From Camelus ferus (taxonomy: Eukaryota), in assembly GCF_009834535.1 (NCBI RefSeq), contig NC_045697.1, positions 69,566,001-69,630,000 of the forward strand: DNA of 64,000 bases, read 5' to 3'. The translations under genes and the position numbers were made by a program. Below, one piece after another: positions 49,521 through 60,959 of the stretch. The notes beneath the pieces are model-generated. The model had not been told where the DNA came from and searched no databases. It was given only the letters and a program-made list of their open reading frames with translations. Positions within the stretch are counted from its first letter, which is position 1, and each line of letters opens with the position of its first letter.

Positions 49521-52364
49521 TTATACTTGCAAGAGCAACATTCTCCTAGCATCAGCAAGACAACTCCTCAAAAAATATCATTTCTTCTTGATATTGTAAG
49601 GGGTCACAATAGCCATCACTTTGTACTTGCAAATTTGGATTGTGTAAACTATCAATAATACATCATCTAATGTATAGCTCTCTGTCTTAGAAAACTTATA
49701 TAACTGTGTTTTGGCTTCTTATGGGTGGAATAGTTCTCTGAGTTTTCTGAGATGCTGTTCCCGGGTTATAATCCTCAATCTGGCTTGAATAAAAATTTCC
49801 ATTTCTTTCTTAGATTGACTGATTAATCTTTCATTGACACTTGCTTTCTCCAAATTCTAGGAAAACATGGCTGCCCCAAATCTAAACCTCACTGACATTA
49901 TAGGCTTTGCCACTATTATGGCACTAGCTCTCATGATCCTATGTTGAAGTAATCCCCGGGAAGGAAGGGTTCTAAGTCAGGTGCTCACACATAGACCAAT
50001 CAACAAGGTCCAGCAGCAATTGGTGTTATGATTGGCCTTACTTGGGTTATAAACTCACCCTTGGAACAGGCAACTCTGCCTGGGAAAGGGGTAGTATTTG
50101 TAACAATGTAGTGACTCTGTGTGAGTAAGAGAGTTGGAGGAGAGGGAAGCGCAGATTACAGAGAAGGAGGAGTGATGTGCTACCAAGAAGTGAGAGTTTA
50201 GTATAGAAGAAAAACCAAGACGAGAGCTCAATAGCATACAAAGATGACTAAGTAACCAGATTGTCCAACCTAGACATTATAGGATGTGTAATCTCTAACA
50301 ATAGAGTGAAAACTAAAGCATATTTTGAAAGAATGGTCATTTGAAAATATCCAGAGGATATCAAAATGTTACCAATGGTCATCTCTGGGGAATGCGCAGG
50401 AGAAAGGGATTATTGGGGGACTTCACTTTCTACACTTCTAGTGTTTGAAATTTTTTATATCTATAACTATATTTGTAGTGTACCAAAGCTTGTGAAGAAA
50501 TGGCAAAAATAGAAGAACCAAGATTTCTTAAAAGTCTTTTAAGCAACAGAAATAGGGGAATGTTATATACTCAGAAAATAACAGGTGTCACGTGTGATGA
50601 AAAATAAGCAGTATCTACAGAACGTAACAGAAATTGGTCCTGTAGATTTGAAACGAAAAAAATAAATAAATTTTTACTCCCTGGGAGAAGAATGTCTGCA
50701 AAAGAAGTAAAATCCGAGCTGATGAAATTGGTAAGATACTGGTAGGAGGTCACAGAGTGCTTTGGAGACTAGATAGGTAAGAAAGAAAACTAAGTATTGA
50801 GAGGAATATGAGGCAAGAAAAAGTTTGTTAAGACTAGTTCAAATATTTCTAAGGCCTAGGTTGTTGAGATAGACTTGTAACCAATAATTTAAAACATAGT
50901 AACAAAAATGGGGTGGCAGGTAAATTTAAGTGGTTCAAAGAGCTAAAAGCAAAGAATGATACAAAGTGATGAGTAAGCTTCCCCAGTGAGAATGGAATGA
51001 GGAAGTGTAATGTGTTGTTGCTTGGTTAGGCAGAACTTGACTTTTTTTTTCTTTCTTTTTAACAGATTTGAAAATTGGCCAGCTGCTGCTCTACATGGAG
51101 ACAGAATTTCCCTTTAGAGCAGATCTTTTTTTCTGAGAAGAATCACTGGCGTGCCCTTAGTTATGTAAATGTAAGAACATAGGCACTCCTTACCCTTTAT
51201 TTTTTGGCCTGACAAAGACTGCCCTTCCTAAGGCCTCTTGATATGGAAATTTTCTTGGAAAACAAGGAGCTTCCTAAGTAGAAGGGAATGGAGACCTTGA
51301 CCTCATCTCTTTTGATATTCCAATTTATTACAATCTATTTAATTGGTTGAGATGGTCCCAACTGATGCCCTCTGGCAGTAAAGGGCACCAAAGGCACCTG
51401 GAATTAGCCATGAAGAAAGGGGGCATCTGGGAATAGGGACCAGACCCTACATGGCACAGCATGTGGCTCACCAGGAAGCTCTCCCCCTCCCCACCTCACA
51501 TCTTATTTGTCTTGGAGGGTGTGTTCCCAAATATAAGTTCAAGGCTATAGCTTTAGGGTCTAAACCTATTGTGACTTAGGCCCCATTTGGACCAGCAAGA
51601 CTATCATTGTTGCATTAATAGACACAATCATAACCTAGAACTAGGGTTGTTAATGAGCTGGACCACTTCTTTCATTTTACTTCAGCAGCTAAGAAGTTTG
51701 GAATTAGAACAGGTCTCCTTGAACTGACAATATCCCTAGGCTTTTTAATAATTCAAGGGGAAATGCCAAAACAGAGCCTACTCCCCTAATACTGAGTAAA
51801 AATTACCAAAATCTATAAAGATGACTTATGTATAATTTTAGAGAAGCACAGTTAGATTGTGATTTTAACCACGAAACTTAAACCAAGTGGTTGCAATATA
51901 TTCTGCCTGAATAGCAACTGCACTATAACAAAGGAGAAGGAGTTGGTGGTGGTCTCTCTGTCATCTTTAAAAGCAAATCCAGAGAGATAAATTTGATTGG
52001 GTGTTGCCTGTATATTCAGAGCCCTGGAACACAATATGGTAGCTGACTTACAGGCCAAGAACCACCCTGTATCAGATGAACAAAACTGCTGACACATGTT
52101 ACTGAATAGGTTATAACGCTCACAAACAGCCCTGTAAAATTAATCCTGATAATTGCTTCCAGACGAACGCTTATGAAGGCAATTGGAGTCTAAAACAGTA
52201 CTAATCCCCCTTCTTCCCCACTGAACATCTTTCTTTTCCTGAATTCTTTGTACTAGTTAATGATAAAATCATCTTCCAGTCACTCTTTTTCTACAAATCT
52301 GATCATCTCTCCAATGACAGTCTCTCCCATTTTCCACATCTAGAAAATCATCAGGTATTAACAA

Positions 52365-52497
52365 TTCTTTTTAAAATTTTTTTATTTTATTGTTTTGGTG
52401 GGAGGAGGTAATTAGGTTTGTTTGTTTGTTCGTTTGTTTGTTTGTTTATTATTTTTAATGGGGGTACCAGGGATTGAACCCAGGACCTTGTGCATGT
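52365..52497 (-). mobile_element. Truncated camelid-type SINE
   Basis: ggtaattaggttt...ggattgaacccaggaccttgtgcatg, lacking the head. Confidence 0.85.
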
Positions 52498-52635
52498 CTT
52501 TAGGTCTATAAACATATAGCTCAGCTTTCTCCTTCTTCTCATGACAGCAATTGTCTTCTTTCGGTGACCTACTCCTCTCCCACTCTAACCATGTAGTCCT
52601 CCTGGGGTCTCTGTCATAGATCCCCCTACTCCAAC

Positions 52636-53678
52636 TGTTAGAGCAGGCAGGTAGCTAGATCTGAGCAGAGAAAGGGGGACATGGGCAAATGGCAGAAAAT
52701 CATACATCTTGTGAACAACAGGGGTCCTTGGACAGACAAGAAAAATGGGATCCTCTGGACTGATAAAAAACCATACCTTTTGGGTTGATAAGTGTCCTGG
52801 AGGCAGAAGGGTGGGACAGGATGGGAATCCCCACCATCCAAATGTAACCTTTCGATCATTATGACCTCCATCCAAATGTAACCTTTTGCTTATGATATCC
52901 CCCTCCGAATGTAACCTTTTTAGGACCTCATCCAACTTCCCGATCAAGACTAAATAGGGAGGAAAAATCCCTCCTCCCCACCTGGGAAGGTGGAGCTGGG
53001 ATGATCAGGAAAGACAACCTGGGTGGAGGGTAGGTGGAATCTTTATCCTAGCTCCACCGTCCAAAGTGGGGAGGAGGGATTTTTTGTCCTTATTTAGTCT
53101 TGTTCTGGAAGTTGGATGAGGTCATAATGAACAAAAGGTTACATTCAGATGGGGATATCATAAGCAAAAGGTTACATTTGGATGGAGGTCATAATGTTAG
53201 GTAGTTTAGATAGAAATGGGCACTGGACAGGGGGAGAGGATGGGGAAAGGAACAATCCAGAGCACAAGGAACCTGAGCTGTCAATTAACCAGAGCACAGG
53301 GAACCTGAGTTGTCAATCAATCAGTCAATCAATCAATCACAAAACCAGAATATAAAAACAGGAAAAATGAAGGAACGGCGCCATTTTCCCTCTCTTGGAT
53401 TGGCCCACTCCCAATTCTTGGGAGCGTACTATCTTTTACTTGTTTTTACTTCACTAATAAAAATTTTGCTTATATCATGCTTTCTGCCTCTCGTCAAAAA
53501 TCTTTTTTTCGGGTGACTAAAAATTGAGGTGATTCTTATTTTCCTTTTCCTGGTAACAATAATGATCAAAAGGACCATCTCTCCAAGGACCCCCGTTTTT
53601 CACAAGATGTATGGTTTTCTGCCATTTGCCCATGTCCCCCTTTCTCTGCTCGTATCTAGCTACCTGCCTGCTTTAACA
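52636..53678. mobile_element. Fold-back (inverted) LTR-derived element
   Basis: 52636-52736 is the reverse complement of 53578-53678 (7 mismatches in 101 by eye); inner arms about 52849-53004 vs 53043-53194 plus 53563-53573; TSD caac on both sides. Confidence 0.9.
53195..53558 (+). mobile_element. Solo LTR (ERV1-type) inserted in the right arm of the fold-back element
   Basis: tgtta...taaca ends, TATAAAA near 53351, AATAAA 53456-53461, 4-bp TSD ataa. Confidence 0.92.
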
Positions 53679-53882
53679 CAACCACAAGTGGAGGCATATG
53701 TCCCAGAGTAGGAAGTTAGAAGGGGAGATATAACTGAAAGGATGTGCTCAGAAACTTAACCTTATGCAAGTCGAGGTGGTTATAGTAGTCATGGTAAATG
53801 ACTATCCAACAGTGGTCCTTCCCCAAATAATTAGTCTAAGTCAGTCAGTCTCTATACTACTGACATTTGGGGTCAGATAATT

Positions 53883-55061
53883 TTTTTCAGTTTTATGGAG
53901 CTATAATTGACATACAGTTCTGTATAAATTTAAGATGTACAGCATAATATCACACCATATACTGTGAAATGACTACCACGATAAGTTTAGTTAACATCCA
54001 TCACCTCATATAGTTATAAAAAACTTATTCCTTGAAATGAGTGTCAGGGGACAAGGAGGGCTGGTGTTGTGGGTCGTTAAAGAATTTACCAAAGGCAAAG
54101 ATGAGAATAGAAAAGGAGTTTATTAGGTTACGCTGCCATAGACAGCAGCAGGCTGCACAGATGAGAGATGCCTGTGAGATGCCCGTGTGAGCACTGAGGG
54201 CTGGTTGTTGGGGTCTTTTATAAGGTAGGGTCACAAGGTGCCAATCAGGTCTGATTGGTTGTAGGTGAGATAAGAGGTTTGGGGTCTGTGGGGTTTATGA
54301 CTCTGATAAGGTGGCCTGAACTATTGTGAAATTAGGCATTATGAGGGCTATTAGTGTGTTAGAGGAAACACGCCCAGTAAAGAATGTACTTTACCTGTTG
54401 AGGGATCGAAGGCAGGCATCAGAGAGCCCAGGAATGGGGGTCGTTGTACTTTGAAGGATGTCAGTTGGCCCCACAATGAGAATGTTTAGGATGTACTTTC
54501 TTAACAACTTTCAAATATAGCAATGTTAACTGTAGTCACAATGTTCTATAGTACATTCCAAGTACTTCATCTTACAGCTGGAAGTTTGTACCTTTGACCA
54601 CCTTCCTCCAGTTTCCATCCCCTAACCCCTCACCTCTAGTAACCAGAAATCGGACCTCTTTTTCTATGAGTTTTGGTGTTTTTTGGTTTGTTTGTTTTAG
54701 ATTCTACATATAAGTGAGATCATACAGAATTTGTCTTTCTCTTTTATTTCACTTAGCATAATACCCCCAAGGTCCATCTATGTTGTTGTAAACGGCAGGA
54801 TTTCCTTCTTTTTGTTAAAATCTTTACCCACTCATCTGTTGATGGGCACTTAAGTTGTTTCCGTGTCTTGATTACTGTAAACAATGCTGCTATCAACATG
54901 GGGCTGCAGATATCTTTCAACATAGTGATTTATTTCCTTCAGACATATATCCAGAAGTAGAATTGCTGCATCTATTTTTAATTTTTTGAGGAACCTCCAT
55001 CCTGTTTTCCATTTTGACTGTACCTATTTACGTTCTCACCAATAGCGCATGCACAAGGGTT
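53883..55061 (-). mobile_element. L1 3' fragment inside MER20
   Basis: Poly-T head and L1MA-like 3'UTR/ORF2 end; TSD tcagataatt. Confidence 0.88.
54042..54475 (-). mobile_element. Solo LTR inside the L1
   Basis: TG...CA ends, perfect 5-bp TSD atgag, reverse AATAAA at 54119-54124 and reverse TATA near 54216. Confidence 0.9.
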
Positions 55062-56239
55062 GGGATCAGATAATTCTTGGTTGTGAAGGGCTGTTCAGCT
55101 TGTTCTAGGATGTTTAGCAGTGCCCCTTTCTTCTATCCACTAGATGCCAGTAGCATCCTTCTCCAAAGTTGTGACTAAAATGCCTCCAGATAGTGCCAAA
55201 TGCCCACTGGAGGGCAAAATGACCCCAGATTGAGAACCACTGGTTTAAGCTATTTATTTTCCAGTGTTATGTTTAGGATTGGGCCAACCTGGCCAATGTG
55301 GCATTAAGACTTATCCACTAGGGGGCTTCTAGGAAGATTTCCTCACTCCTAGGAAAGTGAACTCAAGAAGAGTCTTTTTCCTTCTGGAAGTTGTGTGTGC
55401 ATGTAAGTGCTTAAATGGCTGTAGCCATCTTGTGACCACAAGAGAACAAGCTTTAGGAGGTAGCCAATATTGGGGGGAGAAATGTAGGAATGTAGAGAAA
55501 TGGGAGAATTTGCAGCCTTTAGTGTTGAGCTGATGAGTTCCCTGCAAGCACCTACAGCAATCTTATCTCTGGACTACCACTTACTTTTGAGTATAGGTAT
55601 ACTCATTTGGGGATGTGTATAGATTTTTGAATATATATAATAAACAGCGGTATATATAATATAGTAACATACTTTCATGAGTGTGTATATTTTTTTCACA
55701 TTATACTTTTTTCCACACAATATTTATAGGAGACACTCCATATAAGTATACTGTGTTTAGAACTGCTTCATTCTTTTCATTGACTGAAAATTATTCCATT
55801 TTTTAGATGAAACAAAACTTATTTAACCAGTATCCTGGCTCTACAGATGTGTGGAGAGTTCATCTGTGATATAGGAGGGAAGTAAATGGGATGGAAGGTG
55901 TGTCAGATAACTTCCATTTGTTTCTTGGGGTCCCCTCTTCACCACGCTCCACTCTGCACACTCATGCTCTGTGCCTTGGGAATCAGTTCCTCAAAGATTG
56001 TGTTGAAATATTTTAAGATGAAGTTCATATGGTGATCAGACCTGTGGTGTGTCCACTAGTAATGTTTGTTTTGGTTTTCTCTAGTCCTTTTGTGACCTGG
56101 GACCTCTCACTTCTGCTTTTCACCTTGCCCATCAGTACCATCTCTTGCCACTAGGATTTCTCCCAAACCTCAGAATTCTCATACTTTATGGTCACATCTC
56201 CTGGGTATCTTTTTCTCTTTAGGAAGCATGACATTTTCT

Positions 56240-56528
56240 CCCCCCCCCCTTTTTTTTTTATAAATTGAAGTATAGTTGATTTCCAGTGTTGTGTGAGTTT
56301 CTGGTGCACAGCATAGTGATTCCGTTATACATATGCATTCTTTTTCATATTTATTTCATTATAGGTTATTACAAGCTATTGAATATAGTTCCCTGTGCTA
56401 TACAGTAGGACCTTGTTCTTTTACTTTGTATATAGTAGTTTGTAAATGCTAATCCCAAACTCCTAATTTATCCCTACAGTGCTCCCCCCTTCCCCTTTGT
56501 TAACCATAAGTTCATATTTTGTCTGTGA
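56240..56528 (-). mobile_element. 5'-truncated L1 3' end
   Basis: Perfect 17-bp TSD gaagcatgacattttct. Confidence 0.92.
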
Positions 56529-56689
56529 GAAGCATGACATTTTCTATTCTGAAAATTTCCCAAAGTTTACTCTTTATCTTACCTAAAATAAATTAATTAC
56601 CAACAATTTTGAAAGTTCAAAATCCTTTATTTTATTTTTTACTTAAAATGGAGTATTCATACATAAGTTAAAGGAATAAGAATAGAAAT

Positions 56690-56920
56690 CACTTATGCTT
56701 TACCATGTGTTAGGCACTGTTCCAAGAACTTTACGTGTGAAATCTCATATAATCCTCACCACACTCTGTGAGGTAGGCACTATTATCATTCTCATTTTCA
56801 AATGAGGAAACTGAGGCATGGAGATGTTAAGTGCATTGTACAGGTTCACATTGCTAACAGATGCAGAGTCGGAATGTGAACCCAGGCTGTTTGGCTCAAG
56901 TGTGTGCTCCCAGGCACTCT
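56690..56920 (-). mobile_element. MIR SINE
   Basis: ctctgtgaggtagg...cattttcaaatgaggaaactgaggca core. Confidence 0.88.
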
Positions 56921-57883
56921 GACGTGCTGCCGAAGAACGCAGGCCGAAATATTTAAGGGAAATATTCCTTCCTTTACACACGCTGAGCATGCATTTGCTC
57001 CTTCACTTATCACACTATTTGGAGTACATACCATGAAAAAAATGCTTTTCTGAGAATGATACAGACATTAAAAAGCAAAAAAATAGGCAACAAGTGCTAC
57101 AGAAATGGAAGAAATGTGTAAACTCAGTATGAAATAAGAGTTTAATCAATTATATTCATGATTTATTATAATCAGATTTTTCAATTAACTTTTATCTAGT
57201 TCATGGTAAATTGTTCTTGAATCTGTAATAAGTGCTTTTGCCATTTCCCAAGGAAACTAGCTCAAAACTTTCTTTATTTAATTCTGTTTAATTTAGATTA
57301 AAAAATTGCTCTAGGCAAAGATAATTTAGTCACTTTGTATAGGCTATCATGATAGATTCAGTCTCTATTTTCTTTGTTCTTTAGTCCTATGAATTACTGA
57401 CAGCTTTCTAAATTATTCTGAGTTTCTGGATTTCAATGATTTATTATTTGTGCAACAATTTCTGCAAAGTACCTGAAAGCTGGAAAGTCTATAATTAATT
57501 ACATATATTAGACTAAGCAGTTGGCTCTGGCATGAAGTGGGTTTGTTTCTGTCATCTCTACAGCACTTTCTGTCACTATGTTAGCACTTGCTAATGTCTA
57601 TAAGGATGCCTTGGTTTTCTTTTAGTGGTGGAAAGAGCAAAAGTATTTGTGCACACTAAGCACTACATAAGATTCCAGAACTGTGAACAATCCTCGGTAA
57701 ACTGGGGTCAAGCTTCAAGAATGAACAAGGTTAAATTTCAACATATCTGGTGGAAAGGTGGTGGTTGGGCTCAGAATCAGGTAGTACCCTGATGAAGAAC
57801 ATTTTTTGTACATCTATGTCTGTGAACTGAGATGCACAGCCACTATACTTGTATTATCAGAAAAGAGAAAAATACCAAGATTA

Positions 57884-58652
57884 CTTTTTTAAAAATTTTC
57901 ATATTCTTTTTCACCATGTTACTACAAGATCTTGAATATGATCTTGAATACCCTGCGTTATACGATATGAACTTGTTTATCTATTTTATATATATTAGTT
58001 AGTATCTGTAAATCTTGAACTCCCAATTTATCCCTTCCAACTCCCCTCCCTGTAACCATAAGTTTGATTTCTATGTCTGTGAGTCTGTTTCTGTTTTGTA
58101 AATAAGTTCATTTGTCTTTTGTTTTGTTTTGTTTTTTTTAGATTCCACATATAAGTGATATTATATAGTATTTTTCTTTTTCTCTTTCTGGCTTACTTCA
58201 CTTAGAATGACAATAAAAGACCAAATAACCCAATTCAAAAATGGGCAGAAAACGTAAACAAGCAATTCTTCAAAGAAGACGTATAAACAGCCAATAGGCA
58301 CATGAAAAAATGCTCAATATTGCTAATTATCAGAGAAATGCAAATTAAAACTACAATGAGGTATTACCTCACACCAGTCAGAATGGCCATCATGAAAAAG
58401 TCCACAAATGATAAATGCTGGAGAGGCTGTAGAGAAAAGGGGACCCTCCTACACTGCTGGTGGGAATGCAATTTGGTGCAGCCACAATGGAAAACAGTAT
58501 GGAAATTCCTCAAAAGACTAAAAATAGACTTACCATATGATCCAGCAATCCCACTCCTGGGCATATATCCAGAGGGAACCTTAACTCAAAAAGATACATG
58601 CATCCCAATGTGTATAGCAGCACTATTTACAATAGCTAGGACGTGGAAACAA
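57884..58652. mobile_element. L1 with 5' inversion: minus-strand 3' end (57884-58212) joined to a plus-strand ORF2 C-terminal piece (58213-58652)
   Basis: ORF 58302 encodes ORF2p MKKCS...[11 protein letters not shown]...[18 protein letters not shown]...[12 protein letters not shown]. Confidence 0.92.
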
Positions 58653-59144
58653 ACAGTAAAGAAGACAAATATCTGTCTTACAGTCAGACCCTCGTCCCAC
58701 TGGAATGAATCTGGAAGGTCATTCAGGATTTTAGCAGTTCATGCCATTGTGTCCTCATGATGCCACCGGTCCCTGCTGCAGTCCTCTACCATTCTGGTGA
58801 CTCAGCTACTCTTTGTAGCCGCTATCTCCGCTACTCCATTCTCTCCATTGTCTTTCTTAGCTTTTGCCATTCATGGTGTCTGACTACTCTTGGCTTTTAT
58901 TGTCTCATGGTTTCTGATCATTGCCCTTTCTCTGGGTGTTTGTTTGGTTTTGTTCTTTTCACTTTTTGAATTCCATCCCAGTAAAAAACTGCTGACTTAC
59001 TCTGTGTGTTAAACACTCAGCCTTTGTAAGAGAGAATACTGGCCCGTTCATTCAGTTATGGCCACCTGTGTTGGGCAGAGTTCTCCCACCTGGGTCATCT
59101 CTGCTGTGGGTTCCAGGGTTGCAGTAGGGACAGACTCATGAGAA

Positions 59145-59360
59145 TAATAATAACAGCTAACACTTACGGGTGCTGACTATGGGCCAGGCATTATTCCAAG
59201 TGCTTTTTAGTTAGTCTGCTCAAACCTCTGAATAAAATTTCCATTTTGCAGTTGAGAAAGCTGAAGTGGTTAGGGGTGAGTGATATTTCCAAGGTCACAC
59301 AGCCAGTAAGCAGCAGAGCTGGGGTTCTGTGTGGGCAGTGTGGCTTTTAACCACTACATT
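59145..59360 (-). mobile_element. MIR SINE
   Basis: aataacagctaacacttac...ccattttgcagttgagaaagctga...ccaaggtcacacagccagtaag. Confidence 0.8.
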
Positions 59361-59465
59361 TCCAATTCAACTGAATTTAAAGAAACCTACGTTGGAGTTG
59401 CTGTGCATAGCAAAGGGGGCTAGCTGAATACCAAGGATTCAAATTCTGTGCTCATGGTGGAGAGT

Positions 59466-59753
59466 TGTTATCGGGAAGCAGCTGCCGAGCCAAGGATGTA
59501 TTTTCTAGCATCTCTGAATCTTAGTAGGAGCACATGACTGGCTCTCTCCAGTGTGAACAGAAGGGATGTGCTTTAACATTCAGGTCAAGGAGGTTAGAAT
59601 CTGGAGTGCCTTCCTTATGTTCTATTCCCCTTCTATGGAAACCTTGGAACCCACTTATTTAAGATGGAAAGTGCCTGGTTCGCTGAGAAATAAACTTTAA
59701 CACGCTGAGGTGTGGGGGTTTGTTATAGCAGTTAGCCTATTCTGACAAACACA
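59466..59753 (+). mobile_element. Old MaLR (MLT1) LTR remnant
   Basis: gagaaataaacttt...ggtttgttatagcagttagcctattctgacaaacaca end. Confidence 0.65.
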
Positions 59754-60122
59754 TCCTGTAAGCACCCATTTCTTGAATAAAACTTGTAAATTTGTTGATA
59801 AATATGTGGTTGAGATGTTCTAACCATACAAATACTTTGGACACTGATATTAAGTGAGATGACCTAGACAATTTTGATAAAGGCTCTGGGAATAAAATAT
59901 TTTAACTCTTTACTGATCTTTATGAAAAATTAATCCATTACAGCAGAAATTGACTCTTCTATTTTGAATGTGTGACGATATATGCAAATACAGTTGTTTG
60001 CTGAGCATCTTCCCCTGGACCTCCTAGCATCATCACATGAATAATCAAGCTCATCCATTAGGGAATACTGTGGCCTGCTTCCACATCTCCTGGATCTAGA
60101 TTATGACAGATCCAGGATAGCA

Positions 60123-60503
60123 TGTTACGTGCTGAACTGTGTCCCCCTCAAATTCCTTTATAAGAAGTCCTAAACCCCAGTACCTCAGAATGTTGACTCC
60201 ATTGGACATTGGGCTTTAAAGAGGTAATTAAGGTAGAATGAGATCATGTGGACAGGCACTAATTCAATATGACTGGTATCCTTATGAGAGATTAGGACAC
60301 AAACACAGACCAAGGGATGACCATGTGTGGACACAGCAAGAAGGTGGCCATCTACAAGCCAAGGAAAGTGGCCTCAGAAGAAACCAAATGAGCTGACAAC
60401 TTGATCTTGGACTTCTAGCCTCCAGAACTGTGAGAAAATAAACTGCTGCTTAAGCCACCCAATCCGTGGTATTTTATTATGGCAGCCCTAGCCGACTAAT
60501 ACA
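60123..60503 (+). mobile_element. MLT1A/B-like solo LTR
   Basis: tgttacgtgctgaactgtgtcccc...ttgatcttggacttctagcctccagaactgtgag...gcagccctagccgactaataca. Confidence 0.92.
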
Positions 60504-60835
60504 TCCCAAAAGGCCCTCTGGCCTCAGAATCAGTCTTCTGCTTCTTCAGCTCTCCTAAGCCAACACAGGTGTACTCTTGCACAGCATGGGCAAGATTCTT
60601 TACACATGAGTCAGGCTCTAAACAGAGTGAACACAAATGCTTTATTTTACTAATTCCACAGGCAAGAGCTCTCTGCCTGCATCCTATGAATTCCCTGTAT
60701 ATTAGATGCTGTTCCTTTATTTTCTGAGTTGAGACAGATAATACAACTCTTCAAATAAGTCAGGAATATCCCTACTAAATTGCTGATTGCATTTCAGTCT
60801 TTGAATATCACTAACAGTGTTAGAAAGATTCTTTT

Positions 60836-60959
60836 TTGGGGGGGTAGATAATTAGATTTATCTATTTATTTATTACTTTTGGTGGAGGTACTGGGGACTG
60901 AACCCAGGACCTTGTGCAAGCTAGGCATGCATTCTACCACTGAGCTATACCCTCCCCCC
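60836..60959 (-). mobile_element. Camelid-type tRNA-derived SINE
   Basis: Family sequence; 15-bp TSD tagaaagattctttt. Confidence 0.93.

Larger units (their letters stand above)
44737..49839 (+). mobile_element. Class I (ERV1-type) provirus: 5' LTR 44737-45203, PBS 45208-45225, decayed internal region, partial 3' LTR about 49531-49839
   Basis: Direct repeats of about 300 bp (roughly 88% identical by eye) ending ...ttgaca with AATAAA; TG...CA ends; 4-bp TSD cttg (44733-44736, 49840-49843); PBS TGGCATAGTTGGCAAGAC; splice donor gtgagt at 45341. Confidence 0.9.
53842..55242. mobile_element. MER20 hAT MITE, split by L1 (parts 53842-53882 and 55062-55242)
   Basis: tgacatttggggtcagataatt...taggatgtttagcag...ccactagatgccagtagca...ttgagaaccactg; degenerate 8-bp TSD gtctaagt/gtttaagc. 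Confidence 0.88.
53780..55600 (+). mobile_element. Old MaLR LTR (MLT1J/K-like), interrupted
   Basis: ctggccaatg...gggggcttctaggaagattt...gctgtagccatcttgtgaccaca after 55250; short 5' piece before 53842. Confidence 0.65.

Noticed and set aside
49320..49658. ORFs with YIYIYI runs
   Set aside because: Translation of a (TA)n microsatellite plus L1/LTR sequence.
52830..52935. Repeat-spacer pattern resembling a CRISPR array
   Set aside because: Three to four degenerate tandem units within an LTR in mammalian DNA; no unique spacers, no cas genes.
58302..58760. 152-aa ORF as a host gene
   Set aside because: It is the L1 ORF2p C-terminus running into flanking DNA.
9470..60959. tRNA genes at the A/B-box sequences
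   Set aside because: They have SINE bodies, A tails and TSDs; not bona fide tRNAs.
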